Assembly (NCBI GenBank): GCA_963848295.1
Contig: CAWKDB010000010.1
Span: 3,456,001 to 3,520,000, forward strand
Length of the DNA stretch: 64,000 nucleotides
From: an uncultured delta proteobacterium
Lineage (GTDB): Bacteria; Myxococcota_A; Polyangia; Haliangiales; Haliangiaceae
Reading direction: 5' to 3'
Under the pieces are notes generated by a model. It was not told the origin of the DNA. It did no database searches and saw only the letters and a program-made list of their open reading frames with translations. Of the stretch, positions 51,133-63,897 are shown in pieces. Made by a program: the position numbers and the translations under genes. Every line of letters starts with the position of its first letter. Within the stretch, counting starts at the first letter, position 1.

Positions 51133-51444
51133 CTACTCCTTCTTACACGACACCGTGGCGGGGGCGCCGCCGTCGCTCTTGCATTGTTTGTCAGACTTGC
51201 ACGCCGCCACGCACGCGTGCTTGTAGGTCTTGAAGCACTTTCGCCCGACGAGAAAGAAGCAGTCCTGGCGCTCGCCCTGATAGCGCCAGCCGCCCCACTT
51301 GGCGCCCTCCGGATCGACCTCGCCGCTCGCCCGCGCCTCGCGCAGCTGCTTCTCTTTGGCGGTCTTCGGCTCGCCGGAGTCCTTCGTCGGGCCGCCGCAA
51401 GCGACCGCGGCGAGCGATACGACGAGGATCCACCGCAGCGTCAT
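51133..51444 (-). CDS. Small Cys-rich lipoprotein
   Basis: Lipobox AVAC; six further Cys. Confidence 0.7.
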   Translation of the reverse strand: MTLRWILVVSLAAVACGGPTKDSGEPKTAKEKQLREARASGEVDPEGAKWGGWRYQGERQDCFFLVGRKCFKTYKHACVAACKSDKQCKSDGGAPATVSCKKE

Positions 51445-51470
51445 CTCGCCGATCATGCCATAGTCCGGCC

Positions 51471-52073
51471 GTGGTCGACGACGATCGCGCGGTTAGAGAA
51501 CGCATGGCCGCCCTCGAAGCCGAGGTCAGGGCAGATGCGGACGCCGATCGCGCTCGCCGCGAAGCTGCCGCGGCCAAGGTCCGCGAGGTGCGCGCACGCG
51601 CGGTCGCTGAACGCGACGAGCTGAGCGCCCGGCAAGTCGCGATCGTCAAGAAAGGCAGTAACGCCCTCCGCAAGCCGGCCGATGATTCCGATGACGACGC
51701 CGACGATCTCGGCGGCGCACTCGAGCTCGCCGGCAAAGCGAACAAGGTCCGCAAGGAGCTCGCGAAGCCGGTCGCGAAGGGCGAAAAATCGTGGATCAAG
51801 TCGGGCATCGCGTCACTCGCGCTCGGGCCGATCGGCTGGCTGTACGCGGGGTCGCTGCGCGAGACGATTCCGCTGTCCGCGGCGTGGGTCGTGCTGGCGG
51901 CGATCGCGAGCAAGATCATTCCGGTGTTCCTGCTGATGCCCGCGCTGTACGTGGCCTTACCGTTGTCGGGTATCACCGGGGTGGTTTATGCTGTGCAGTA
52001 CAATCGGCATGGCAGCCGCCAGCGGTTGTTCGGCAACAAGCAAGAAAAGCCGAAACAGCTCCGCGGTGGGTGA
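51471..52073 (+). CDS. Hypothetical membrane protein (coiled coil plus TM segments)
   Basis: N-terminal coiled coil; LGPIGWLY and hydrophobic helices. Confidence 0.65.
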   Translation: MVDDDRAVRERMAALEAEVRADADADRARREAAAAKVREVRARAVAERDELSARQVAIVKKGSNALRKPADDSDDDADDLGGALELAGKANKVRKELAKPVAKGEKSWIKSGIASLALGPIGWLYAGSLRETIPLSAAWVVLAAIASKIIPVFLLMPALYVALPLSGITGVVYAVQYNRHGSRQRLFGNKQEKPKQLRGG

Positions 52074-52166
52074 GTGTCGTCGTCGCACGCCCCCCTTACC
52101 GAGCTCTCACCGCGGGATGTAATCCGTAGCGCGTCCTGCGCGACCGTGCGTCGCTAGACTAATGCT

Positions 52167-53035
52167 GTGAATCATCATCGCCTCGTCATGGCTGCTGCCG
52201 CGATCGCAACCGGCTCGGCGCTCGTCCACGCGGAGCCGCAGCCGGCCAAGCCGCGGGTCAAGGTCGGCATCGTTCCTTCGATCGCGGTGAACGTCGATGC
52301 CGCGCGCGTCGATGCGCTCGGTCAAGATCTCGCGGATGCGCTCACGTCCGAGCTCGACATCGACGCGGTCGGTGGTCTCGAGGTTCGCCGCCAGTTGCCG
52401 ACGGACGGCGTGCCGCCGGCGTGCGCGACGACTCCCGCATGCAGCCGCGGCATCGCTCAGAAGCTCGGCGTGTCGCAGATGCTGTTCGTCGTGATGATCG
52501 ACAGCGGCGCCGGTGGCTCGGTCGAGGTCGATCCGACCTGGGTCGATGGCGTGACCGGCACGACGCATGGTCGACCGCCGATCGATCTGACGTCTTCGGC
52601 CGACGCCGATGCGCGCCAGAAGTTCGGCGCCGCCGCCCACGCGCTGTTGCCCGACGCGCCGCTCAAGCCCAAGCCCCGAGCGGGCGGCAGCATCCAGTTT
52701 GGCGAGACCACCTCGACGCCGCGCCACATCACGATCCCGATGATCGTCGCGGGCGGTGCCGCGGTCGTCGGGCTCGGCTTCGGCATCGGGTTCGGGCTCG
52801 AAGCGCGCAGCAAGTACAACGCGTGCAACGCGGACCCGACGTGCCGCAACGTCCCGACCGATTCGCGTCGCGGTTCGATTCGCAACGCCGACTACGCCGC
52901 GGATGGCGGTTGGATCCTCGCGGTCGCCGGCGCCGCGGCGGCCACCGTGTTCTGGGCGACGTCGGGCTCGGAGGCGCGGCTCGTCGTCGCGCCGACGCCG
53001 GGCGGCGCCGCGGTCTCGCTCGGAGGCCAGTTCTA

Positions 53036-53036
<1 letters not shown>
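52167..53036 (+). CDS. Hypothetical exported protein with C-terminal myxobacterial membrane-anchor region
   Basis: Signal peptide; C-terminal TM-Cys loop-TM and ...GAAVSLGGQF. Confidence 0.65.
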
Positions 53037-54742
<1,706 letters not shown>

Positions 54743-54751
<9 letters not shown>

Positions 54752-56248
54752 GTACGCGACGTAGACGCAGTTGCGCGACTCTTCGTTGCCGGGGCCGCCG
54801 GGCGGCGACATGCACAGACGGTTCATTCCCTTCACGAGGCTGACCGGCGTCGTGAACTGCGGCGCAGCAAACCTGACCGGGATCAGCGTTGTTCCTGCCA
54901 GATCTTCGTAGTTGTTGTCGACGTCGTGGAGCTCGAACATGTTCGCGCTGCTCGCGCCGTCGACGGTGACCATCACCTGCGACGTGCTGACCACCTGTGG
55001 CGTCGTCGGATCGAACACTGCGCCGTGCACCGCGTTGACCGTCGAACCGTTGATCGTCGCGCCATCGACTCGAGCGCGTCCGTCGCTGCCGGGGCCGCCC
55101 GACGCGTTGCCGAGCAACGAGCTCGTGCCACCGTTGCCGTGCGCCACGCTGACGCCGTTGATCGACGCGACGTTGCCGGCGCGCAGCACGATCACACCGC
55201 CGGAGCCACCGCCGCCCGCCGAGCCCGAACTGCAGTTCGCGCCGTCCGCGCCGTTCGCGGTGACGGCCGGCGCGGTCAGATCGCCGCCTGCACTGAGCTC
55301 GATCGTGCCGCCGGCGCCGCCGCCGACCGAGCCGCCCCCGAGCGCGCCCTTCTGGCCCCCGCCGCCGCCGCTGCCGCCGTTCACGCTGTACGAAGTGATC
55401 AGCGGGTCGCCGATCTCCTTGCCTTGGTTCATCGTGCCGCCCGGGCTCGTTCCGTCCCCCGCGAACCCCGCGCCGCCGCCGCCGTCGTTCGCATCGCCAG
55501 CCTGACCGGGTCCGGGGAGGATGCCCGAGCCATTGCCACCGACCGCGCCGCCTGTGCCGCCGCCGAACACGCCGGCCGAGGTAGCGGCCGTGCTCACCGA
55601 TAGCGAGGGGATCCCGGTCGACTGGATCGACAGGTCGCCGATTGTTCGCAGGATCACCGGCGTCGTCGCACTCGTGAACGACAGCGTCGAGTTTCCGCTC
55701 AGCGCGACGTGGGAGTACTGCACGACGTTCGTGTTGTCGATCGCAACTGCACCCGTCGATGCGACCAGCTCCGGCAGCTCTTGTAGCTTCCAGCCGATCG
55801 TGGCGGTCACCGGGTTGCCGTCGCTCATCTGCGTGACGGTGACGGTGAGCGGAATCGCGGTCGGTGACGGCATCGTGCCCGAATGGATCATCGCGGTCAC
55901 CGGCACCGCGATCAGGTCGCTGTTCGTGGTGGCGACGACCGCGGTCGCGTCCGGGATGACGCTCGGCGCTCCGTCGATCGTCACGGTCGCGCCGGCGGTG
56001 ATGTTCGTGCCCTCGATGACGAGCAGCGCCTTGCGGCTCGCGCCGGTGCCTTGGCCTTCGAGCAAGATCGGCGAGTCCACTTGCGTCAGCGTTAGCCCGG
56101 CCGGGTTTGCGTCGATCGGCCGAGGCGCATCGATCGGCGGCGAATCGATCGCGCCATCGAACGAGCCGGTGATGTGGTCAGGGTTGTAGATGATCGAGCA
56201 TCCACCGAGGAGGAATGCCAGACCGGAGAGTGTCAACGACTGCCGCAT
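54743..56248 (-). CDS. Glycine-rich lipoprotein
   Basis: Lipobox LLGGC; GGGSGG repeats. Confidence 0.75.
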
Positions 56249-56560
56249 CAAAGCAGTATACGCGCGTTCTCGCACGACTCACGGTGGGCTCACCGTCGGT
56301 ATCACCGGCGTCTAACCGAGCCGGGATGGCCTTTACGCGGTGGTTCGCCGACGCTGGTGTGATGGGTTCAATAGGCTGGTCCTGGATCGTGCTGGTCGTC
56401 ACCGCCGGATGCGCCGACCGCGCCGGCCCAAAGCTCGACGAACATCGTGCCGTGGGTCGGCGGCGGTCAGGACCACCACGGGCTCGGCCTGATGGCGGCC
56501 GGGGCGTTCTAAACCGCGGCGGCTTGCGGCTCACGCCGTCGTCGGCGACCATCGAGCGGG

Positions 56561-57370
56561 ATGGTCGCTTGCCTGTTGTGCGGTTCGCCGCGCTCGATCG
56601 GGGTGCTGTGCACGACGCACGGCGTCGCGATCGCGTCTCCCGGGATCACGAGCGAGCAGATCTTCTCGCGCGGCGAGGCCGGGACGGCGTCGTTGATCGA
56701 CGCGTGGGGCATCGGTCACAACTTCGAGGACGGCGCGAAGATCGGTCGCGATCCGCAAGTCGACGTCGCGGTGTTGCACGCGTCGGTGTCGAGCGACCAC
56801 GCGGTGTTGCGCCACGCCGACAACGTCTGGACGATCACCGACCACTCGAGCCGCAACGGGACCGAGATCAATGGCGCCCGCGTCACCGAAGGCACGCTCG
56901 AGGCGGGAGCGACGATCAAGCTCGGCGACGTCAAGCTGTACTTCTGGCCGGAGGCGCTGCCGAAAATGGAGCCGCCGCGCGGGCAGGGCCGGACCGCGCC
57001 GACGCGACGCGACGAGCTGGTGTTCAGCGCGAAGGTCACGACGCCGCGCGGGCACCTCCTCGACCTGCGCCAGCGCGTCGACGGCGGCGTGCTCCGGATC
57101 GGCGAGTCGTCGATCGAGCTCGCGGCGATGGAGTTCGGCCTGTTGCAGCTGCTCGTCGAGCGCCGCCGGATCGTCGGCGACCCCGAGCTCGCCTATGTCG
57201 CCTGGCACGAGATCGCCGACGCGCTCGCGTTTCGCTCGGTTCAGGCCGACAGCGAGAACGTTCGCGAGCTCGTGCATCGCGTCCGCCGCAAGCTCGGCGG
57301 CGTCCAGGCCGACGACTTGATCGAGAGCAAGCGCGGCGTCGGCTATCGACTCGCGGGCGAACCCGGCTAG
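56561..57370 (+). CDS. FHA-domain / OmpR-type winged-helix regulator with N-terminal CxxC-x9-CxxH
   Basis: FHA IGR..SVS..HA..S.NGT; C-terminal VHRVRRKL...IESKRGVGYRL. Confidence 0.8.
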   Translation: MVACLLCGSPRSIGVLCTTHGVAIASPGITSEQIFSRGEAGTASLIDAWGIGHNFEDGAKIGRDPQVDVAVLHASVSSDHAVLRHADNVWTITDHSSRNGTEINGARVTEGTLEAGATIKLGDVKLYFWPEALPKMEPPRGQGRTAPTRRDELVFSAKVTTPRGHLLDLRQRVDGGVLRIGESSIELAAMEFGLLQLLVERRRIVGDPELAYVAWHEIADALAFRSVQADSENVRELVHRVRRKLGGVQADDLIESKRGVGYRLAGEPG

Positions 57371-57395
57371 GGCGAGATCCGCTACCATCGAGGCG

Positions 57396-60300
57396 ATGGC
57401 GGCCCCGACTCGGCGTGGAAATCCAACGGCTCGTCGCAAACGTCAGGTGCGCTGGGCCAAGCGGCTGCGCCGGCTCGGACTCGCGTGGGACAACGCGCTC
57501 GAGATCGCGCGCGCCGGCCGGCTGACCGCGCCGTACGGGGCGCCGTTCGAGGTCATCCACGAGGAGCGCGTCTACAAGCTGCGCCGCTACGAGCGCACCG
57601 GCGGCGAGCCGGTCGCGGCGCCGTTGTTGCTCGTGCCGCCGTTGATGGTCGCGTCCGAGGTCTACGACATCTCGCCCGACGTCAGCGCGATCGCTTTTCT
57701 CGCGAGCCAAGGCATCGATTGCTGGCTCGTCGACTTCGGCGCGCCCGAGCACGAAGCCGGTGGGATGAGCCGCACGCTCGACGATCACGTCCGCGCGGTG
57801 TCGCAGGCGATCGATCGCGTGCGCGCGGTCACCGGCCAAGACGTTCACCTCGCGCGGCTACTCGCAGGGCGGCATGTTCGCGTACCAGGCGGCCGCGTTC
57901 CGCCACTCCGAAGGGCTCGCGTCGATCGTCACGATGGGCAGCCCGGTCGATCTGCATCGCCAGCTCCAGCTCAGCGAGGACGTCACCGAGCGCCTCATCG
58001 CCGGCTTGCGCGCGGCGCTGTCGTGGCCGCTGTCGCACATCGAAGGCTTGCCCGGCGTGTTCACCTCGACCGGGTTCAAGCTGCTGTCGGCGCGCAAGGA
58101 GGTGACGCAGCTGTTCGACTTCGTGCGCAACCTGCACGATCGACAAGCGCTCGAGAAGCGCGAGGCGAAGCGGCTGTTCCTCGGCGGTGAGGGCTTCGTC
58201 GCGTGGCCGGGGCCGGCGTTTCGCAAGTTCGTCGACGACGTCATCGTCGGCAATCGCATGGCCTCGGGCGGCTTCGTGATCGACGGCCAGACCGTGACGC
58301 TCGCGGACATCACCGTGCCGATCCTGTACTTCGTCGGCAGTCGCGACGAGATGGGCAAGCCGGGCTCCGTGCGCGGCATTCGGCGCGCCGCGCCGCGCGT
58401 CGACGCGATGTACGAGATTCCGCTCAAGGCCGGCCACTTCGGCCTGGTCGTCGGCTCGACCGCGCTGACCGTGACGTGGCCGAGCGTCATCGCGTGGATG
58501 AAGTGGCGCGCAGGGCTTGGCCCGCTGCCGGCGACCGCGATCGACGTCCGCGCCGGCGTCGTGCCCGATCCGTTCGAGCACGAGCACGATGCACGGCATG
58601 ACGATGACGACGACGACGAGCACGACGAGAGCCCGTTCGAGCTCGCGAAGGATCTGGTCGAGAAGACCGCGCACGCGGCGTTCGATCGGCATCGGCGAGC
58701 TGTCCGAGGATCTCGGCAGCTACTTCGACAACGCGCGCTGGCAGCTGCCGAAGCTCAACCGGCTGCGCCACCTGCAAGACGACACGCTGATCTCGCTCGG
58801 CCGCACGCTGTCCGATCAAGCGCACAAGATCGGCGACCGCACGTTCTTCCTGTGGCGAGGGCGCGCGTTCACGTACGCCGAATCGAACCGCCGCGTCGAC
58901 GCGGTCGTCAAAGGCCTGATCGCGTGCGGCATCAAGAGCGGGCAGCGCGTCGGCGTGATGATGCTGTCGCGGCCGTCGCACTTGTCGATCGTCACCGCGA
59001 TCAACCGGCTCGGTGCGGTCGCGGTGCTGTTGTCGACCGACACGCCCGACGAGATCCTGCCCCGCGCGCTCGAGCTCGGCGAGACCGACATCGTCATCGT
59101 CGATCCGGATAACGCGGCCCGGGCTCGCGCGCTGAGCACCGGCAAAGTGCTCGTGCTCGGCGGCGTCGGCGAGCCCGCCGTGAGGCCTGGCGACAAGCGC
59201 GCGCTACCCGCCGGTGTGATCGACATGGAGTCGATCGATCCCGAGGCGGTGACGCTGCCGGCCTGGTACAGGCCCGATCCGGGGCGCGCTCGCGACCTCG
59301 CGATGATCTTCGTGACGTCCGGCCGGTTCGAGCCGCTGCGCGCGATGCGGATCACGAATCGCCGGTGGGCGTTCTCCGCGCTCGGCGCCGCCGCCGCCGC
59401 GACGCTGACCAATCGCGACACCGTGTACTGCTGCCTGCCGCTGCACCATCCGTCGGGCACGCTCGTCGCCGCCGGCAGCGCGCTCGTCGGCGGCGACGCG
59501 GCTCGCGCTCGCGTCGCGGTTCGAGCCGGAGACGTTCTGGGACGAGGTGCGCCGCTACGGCGTCAGCGTCGTCTACTACGCCGGCGATATGTGCCGGAAG
59601 CTCGTCGATGCGGCGCCGGTGCGCGGCGATCAGAACAACCCGGTGCGCCTGTTCGCGGGCAGCGGCATGCGCCGCGATGTGTGGCGCCGGCTCGTCGATC
59701 GGTTCGGGCCGGTCGGCGTGTGCGAGCTCTACGCCTCGACCGAAGCGAACACCGTGCTCGCGAACGCCGCCGGCAAGAAGATCGGCTCGGTCGGTCGCCC
59801 GCTGCCGGGCTCGCCCGAGGTCGCGATCGCGGCGTGGAACTTTGCCGACGACGACTTCGTGCGCGACGGCTCGGGCCGCCTCGTGCGCGCGCGGCTCGAC
59901 GAGCCGGGCATGCTGGTCGCGCAGATGTCCGCACGCGCGGGCGCCGATATCGCGCACATCGATCCGCAGCGCCTGCTGCGCGACGCGTTCGAGCAAGGCG
60001 ACACCTGGTTCGTCACCGGCGATATCTTCAAGGTCGACACGCTCGGCGACTACTACTTCGTCGACCGCCAGGGCCAGATGATCATGACCCGGCTCGGCCC
60101 GGTCGCCTCGACGCGGATCGAGGACGCGTTCTACGAGTACCGGCGCGCTCGCCCGGTGCATCGCGGTCGGCCGCGCGGATCCCGACGACCCGGGCGTCGA
60201 GCTCCCGATCGCGGCCGTGCAATTACACCCCAACGCATCGGTCGATCTCGCCGCGGCCCTGTCGACCGCGGCGCAGGCGTTGCCCGAGTACGCGCGCCCG

Positions 60301-60462
60301 CGCCGGATCCGGATCGTCGGCGAGCTGCCGATGACCGACGGCTTCCGGCCGATCAAGCGCGCGATCAAGGACCTCGACCTCGCGGACGCGCCCGACGTGC
60401 TCGCGTGGGATGCGCGCTCGCAGCGCTATGTCGCGACGGTCGCCGGCAAGAGGGCTGGCTGA
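57396..60462 (+). pseudogene. Bifunctional alpha/beta-hydrolase (PhaC-like) / long-chain acyl-CoA synthetase (Rv1683-like), four +1 frameshifts
   Basis: Colinear homology across five ORFs: LVPPLM, GYSQGG, GHFG, FVTSG, LPLHH, ELYASTE, WFVTGD; breaks near 57855, 58688, 59495 and 60141. Possibly read errors. Confidence 0.8.
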
Positions 60463-60516
60463 TGCGAGCTCGCGGTCGCTGGTCGTGTGGCTCGGCCGTC
60501 AAAGTGGGAGGTAGCG

Positions 60517-60834
60517 ATGCGTCTTGGAAACGTCTGGCAGCTCGTCATGATTCTCGTACTCGTCGGCTGCCACGCCGCGCCGACACCTGTCGTCGCGCCG
60601 ACACCGGCGGTCGCTCAGCCGATACCGGGCGGGGAGCCGAACGCCGCCACGAATCACGGATGCGACGAAGTGTCATGCAAGACCCGCGACTACGCGGGTG
60701 CGTGTTGCGCAAAGCTCGAGGCCGCCTCGAAGCCAGCTGATTGCAGGGCGACGATGCACGATGCGAATGACTCCGCGTGCCGTACGCAGTTTTGCGCGAC
60801 ACACGCCGATGATCCCGGCTGCGAGCTCGAGTAG
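60517..60834 (+). CDS. Small Cys-rich lipoprotein
   Basis: GGAGG RBS, lipobox LVGC, CDEVSC...CC motif. Confidence 0.7.
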   Translation: MRLGNVWQLVMILVLVGCHAAPTPVVAPTPAVAQPIPGGEPNAATNHGCDEVSCKTRDYAGACCAKLEAASKPADCRATMHDANDSACRTQFCATHADDPGCELE

Positions 60835-60932
60835 TGGAGGGCGTCGACGGAGGCTGATCAGCTATCGCGCGCCCAAGCTCTAGCATGCGGTCCCCACGTC
60901 TTCGCGCCGCCGTAGTATCCTGGGTGGAAGGC

Positions 60933-61457
60933 ATGGCGACGCAGGGCAACGTTCTCGTGGTCGACGACGAGCCGCTCGTGCTCGCGGCGTACACGCGGAG
61001 CCTCAAGCGGCACTGGAACGTCGTGACCGCGACCGATATCGCGAGCGCGAAGCGATGCATCAGCGAGGTGAAGCCGGATCTCGCGATCGTCGACATGTGG
61101 CTCGGCGCCGCGAGCGGGCTCGAGCTGATCCAGGCGATCAAGGCCGAGCGGCCGGATGCGAAGGTCGCGATCATCTCCGGCTACATGTCGATCGACGCGG
61201 CGGTGACCGCGACCAAGCTCGGCGCCGATGCCGCCGTGGCCAAGCCCGTGGCGCCGGCGGACGTGCTCGCGCGGCTCGCGCACGGGGTACCGGTGGTCGA
61301 GAACGAGCCTCCGGTCTCGTTGGCTCGCGCCGAGTACGAGCTGATCGCGCGCACGCTGGCGGACTCGAACCACAACGTGTCGCGCGCCGCGAGGCGCCTG
61401 GGGATTCATCGCCACACGCTCCAGCGCAAGCTCAAGCGCACGCCGCCCAAGTCCTGA
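60933..61457 (+). CDS. RegA/PrrA-like response regulator (REC plus Fis-type HTH)
   Basis: VVDDE, VDMWL, KP; NVSRAARRLGIHRHTLQRKL. Confidence 0.85.
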   Translation: MATQGNVLVVDDEPLVLAAYTRSLKRHWNVVTATDIASAKRCISEVKPDLAIVDMWLGAASGLELIQAIKAERPDAKVAIISGYMSIDAAVTATKLGADAAVAKPVAPADVLARLAHGVPVVENEPPVSLARAEYELIARTLADSNHNVSRAARRLGIHRHTLQRKLKRTPPKS

Positions 61458-61462
61458 CGGAC

Positions 61463-62590
61463 TCACACCCGGCCGGGTAACCGCATGACGAAGCACGGGC
61501 CTTCGGCGGTGGCTTCGTACTCGATCCGGCCGCCGTGCGCTTCGGCGATCAGCCGGCAGAAGTACAGCCCCATGCCGCGCTTGCCGCCTTTGCCTTGGAC
61601 GTACTTGCCGAACAGGTTCGGCCGGATCGGCTCGGGCACTTGCGGCCCGGTGTTCGCGACCCGGAGCGTGACGCTGCCGTCGTCCTGGTCGTGCCACACC
61701 TCGGCGCTGATCGTGATCCGGCCCCCGCTGTTGCAGTAGCGCGCGGCATTACCGACGAGGTTGTGGAGCACGCGTTCGACGAGGCTCGCGTCGTATCGGC
61801 CTTCGAGCTCCATGGCGCAGTCGATGTCGAGCTCCACGCCGCGCGCGATCGAAGGTCGAGCGACATCGACGACCGACTCGATGAGCGGGCGGACGTTCGC
61901 CTTGCGAACGATCAGCTTGACCGCGGCGTCTTCGAACCGCGCGATGTCGACGAAGTTGGCGACCAGCCCGGACATCCGGCGCACCGAACGCAAGGTCGCC
62001 GCGAGCGCGTCCTTCACGTCGGGGTCGGCGGCTTCGAACACCTCGAGCAGGTGCGTCAGGTTGCTGAGCGACACGGCCAGGCCGTTGTTGAGATCGTGCG
62101 CGAGCAGAGCGCTCGCTTCCTGTCCGTAGACCAGCCGGCGCTCGGTGGCTTCCTTCTCGAGTCGAACCGCGACAAACGCGCGCTGCGTGCGGATCGCCGC
62201 GGCGATGCGGCGCCGGATCTCGGCGATGCCGACCGGCTTGAGCACGTAGTCGTCGGTCCCCGCGTCGAATGCGGCGACGCGGCTGTGCTCGTCGTCGTGC
62301 CCGGTCAGCACGATGATGTGGACCGATGGACCCTGGAGCTGCTTGAGGTGGCGGACGACGTCCGAGCCACTGACCGTCGGCATCGACAGATCGACGATCG
62401 CGACGTCGGGAGGCGTGACCGTCGCTTGCTCGATCGCGCCGGCCGCATCGGTCGCGGTCACGACTTGATAGCCGGCGGTCGCGAGGCCGCTCGCCATCTG
62501 CCGGCACACGCGTTCGTCGTCGTCGACGACCAGCACGCGCACCGACCCCGGTTCGAAGCCAACCTCTCCCTTCCCGCCCGTTTCAAGCAT
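61463..62590 (-). CDS. Hybrid histidine kinase (REC-HisKA-HATPase)
   Basis: VVDDD, DLSMP; AHDLNN; NLVGNA, GMGL. Confidence 0.88.
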   Translation of the reverse strand: MLETGGKGEVGFEPGSVRVLVVDDDERVCRQMASGLATAGYQVVTATDAAGAIEQATVTPPDVAIVDLSMPTVSGSDVVRHLKQLQGPSVHIIVLTGHDDEHSRVAAFDAGTDDYVLKPVGIAEIRRRIAAAIRTQRAFVAVRLEKEATERRLVYGQEASALLAHDLNNGLAVSLSNLTHLLEVFEAADPDVKDALAATLRSVRRMSGLVANFVDIARFEDAAVKLIVRKANVRPLIESVVDVARPSIARGVELDIDCAMELEGRYDASLVERVLHNLVGNAARYCNSGGRITISAEVWHDQDDGSVTLRVANTGPQVPEPIRPNLFGKYVQGKGGKRGMGLYFCRLIAEAHGGRIEYEATAEGPCFVMRLPGRV

Positions 62591-62621
62591 GCGTGTTAGT
62601 ATCGCCCTCGCGAACTTTGCA

Positions 62622-63890
62622 ATGCAAGCGATTGGAAGAAACGCGAGTCCAGGTGCCGATCCGATCCGACTGGCGGAGGTCGTCCTCGCCGCTGCGGTTC
62701 GCGCTTCGGCCGACGCGGTGTACCTCGAGCCGCTCGCCGGCAACGAGACCTCGTACGCGATCGCGTTCGAGCGCGGGCAGCAAGTCGTCGCGACGGTAAC
62801 GGTCGATGCGTCGGTCGGCTCCGCGGCGATCGCGCGCCTGGCCTTTGTCGCCCAGCTCGATCTATCCGCGAGTCACGCCACGAGCGCGGTCGTGCCCGTC
62901 CGTTCCGGCGATCGGCACGCGGACGTCGTGATCACGATCCGACCCGGCGATGGCCTGCGCGCCGACCTGATGGTCGTCACGAAGGCGCGCTCGGCGAAGC
63001 CCGGCGACCACGGCCCGGTCGAGATCGGCGACGTGATCGCGAACTACCGGATCCTCGCGCAGCTCGGCGAGGGCGGCATGGGCACGGTCTACGAGGTCGA
63101 GCACGTCGTGCTCGGGCGCAAGTACGCACTCAAGGTGCTGCGCGCGAAGGTCGTCGAGTACGAAGCGACCGCGGCGCAGCGCTTCGTGCGCGAGGCGCGT
63201 GCGGCGGCGCGGGTCCGCCATCCCAGCATCGTCGACGTGTTCGACTTCGGCCACTTCCCCGACGGGCGGCCATTCTTCGTGATGGAGATGCTCGAAGGCC
63301 AGAGCCTGGCCGATCACATCGACGACGGTGCGGTGGATCCGGCGACGGTCGTCGCGATCGCGCGTCAGCTCGCGGGTGCGCTCGCGGCGGTGCACGAGCG
63401 CGGCGTGATCCACGCGGACGTCACGCCGTCGAACGTGCTCGTCGTTTCGTGGGATCCGGATCCGGTCCACGTCAAGCTCGTCGACTTCGGGCTGGCCGCG
63501 ATCGCTGGCGAGACGTTCGCCGACGAAAATCCCGACTTCGTGCTCGGCACGCCGTCGTACATCTCGCCCGAACAGCTGCGCGGCCTCGCCGCGACCGACC
63601 GCTCCGATCAGTACAGCCTCGGCATCGTGCTGTACGAGTTGCTCGCCGGCCGCCCGCCGTTCACCGACGTCGACCTTCGCAAGCTGTGCATGATGCACCT
63701 CAACGCGCCGGTCCCTCCGCTCGCGAGCTCGCACGGCCCGATTCCGCCGAAGCTCGTCGACGTGGTCATGACGTGTTTGCAGAAATCACCGCAGGCGCGG
63801 TTCCCCGGCATGCGCGCGATGATCGCGGCGCTCGACGAGGTCGAGCGGCTGACCGACCGCCGGGGTTGGCGGCGATGGTTGACGAGCTGA
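62622..63890 (+). CDS. Ser/Thr kinase with N-terminal GspE/PilB-N2-like domain
   Basis: N-terminal PIRLAEVVLAAAVRASADAVYLEP; kinase GEGGMG, ALK, HADVTPSN, DFG, SPE. Confidence 0.8.
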   Translation: MQAIGRNASPGADPIRLAEVVLAAAVRASADAVYLEPLAGNETSYAIAFERGQQVVATVTVDASVGSAAIARLAFVAQLDLSASHATSAVVPVRSGDRHADVVITIRPGDGLRADLMVVTKARSAKPGDHGPVEIGDVIANYRILAQLGEGGMGTVYEVEHVVLGRKYALKVLRAKVVEYEATAAQRFVREARAAARVRHPSIVDVFDFGHFPDGRPFFVMEMLEGQSLADHIDDGAVDPATVVAIARQLAGALAAVHERGVIHADVTPSNVLVVSWDPDPVHVKLVDFGLAAIAGETFADENPDFVLGTPSYISPEQLRGLAATDRSDQYSLGIVLYELLAGRPPFTDVDLRKLCMMHLNAPVPPLASSHGPIPPKLVDVVMTCLQKSPQARFPGMRAMIAALDEVERLTDRRGWRRWLTS

Positions 63891-63897
63891 GGCTACG

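Noticed and set aside
56280..56540. ncRNA or small lipoprotein in the intergenic gap
   Set aside because: A lipobox-like stretch (VTAGC) is present but has no coherent continuation; no recognisable RNA family.
57396..58520. PHA synthase phaC
   Set aside because: Ser rather than Cys nucleophile, and fused to an acyl-CoA synthetase.
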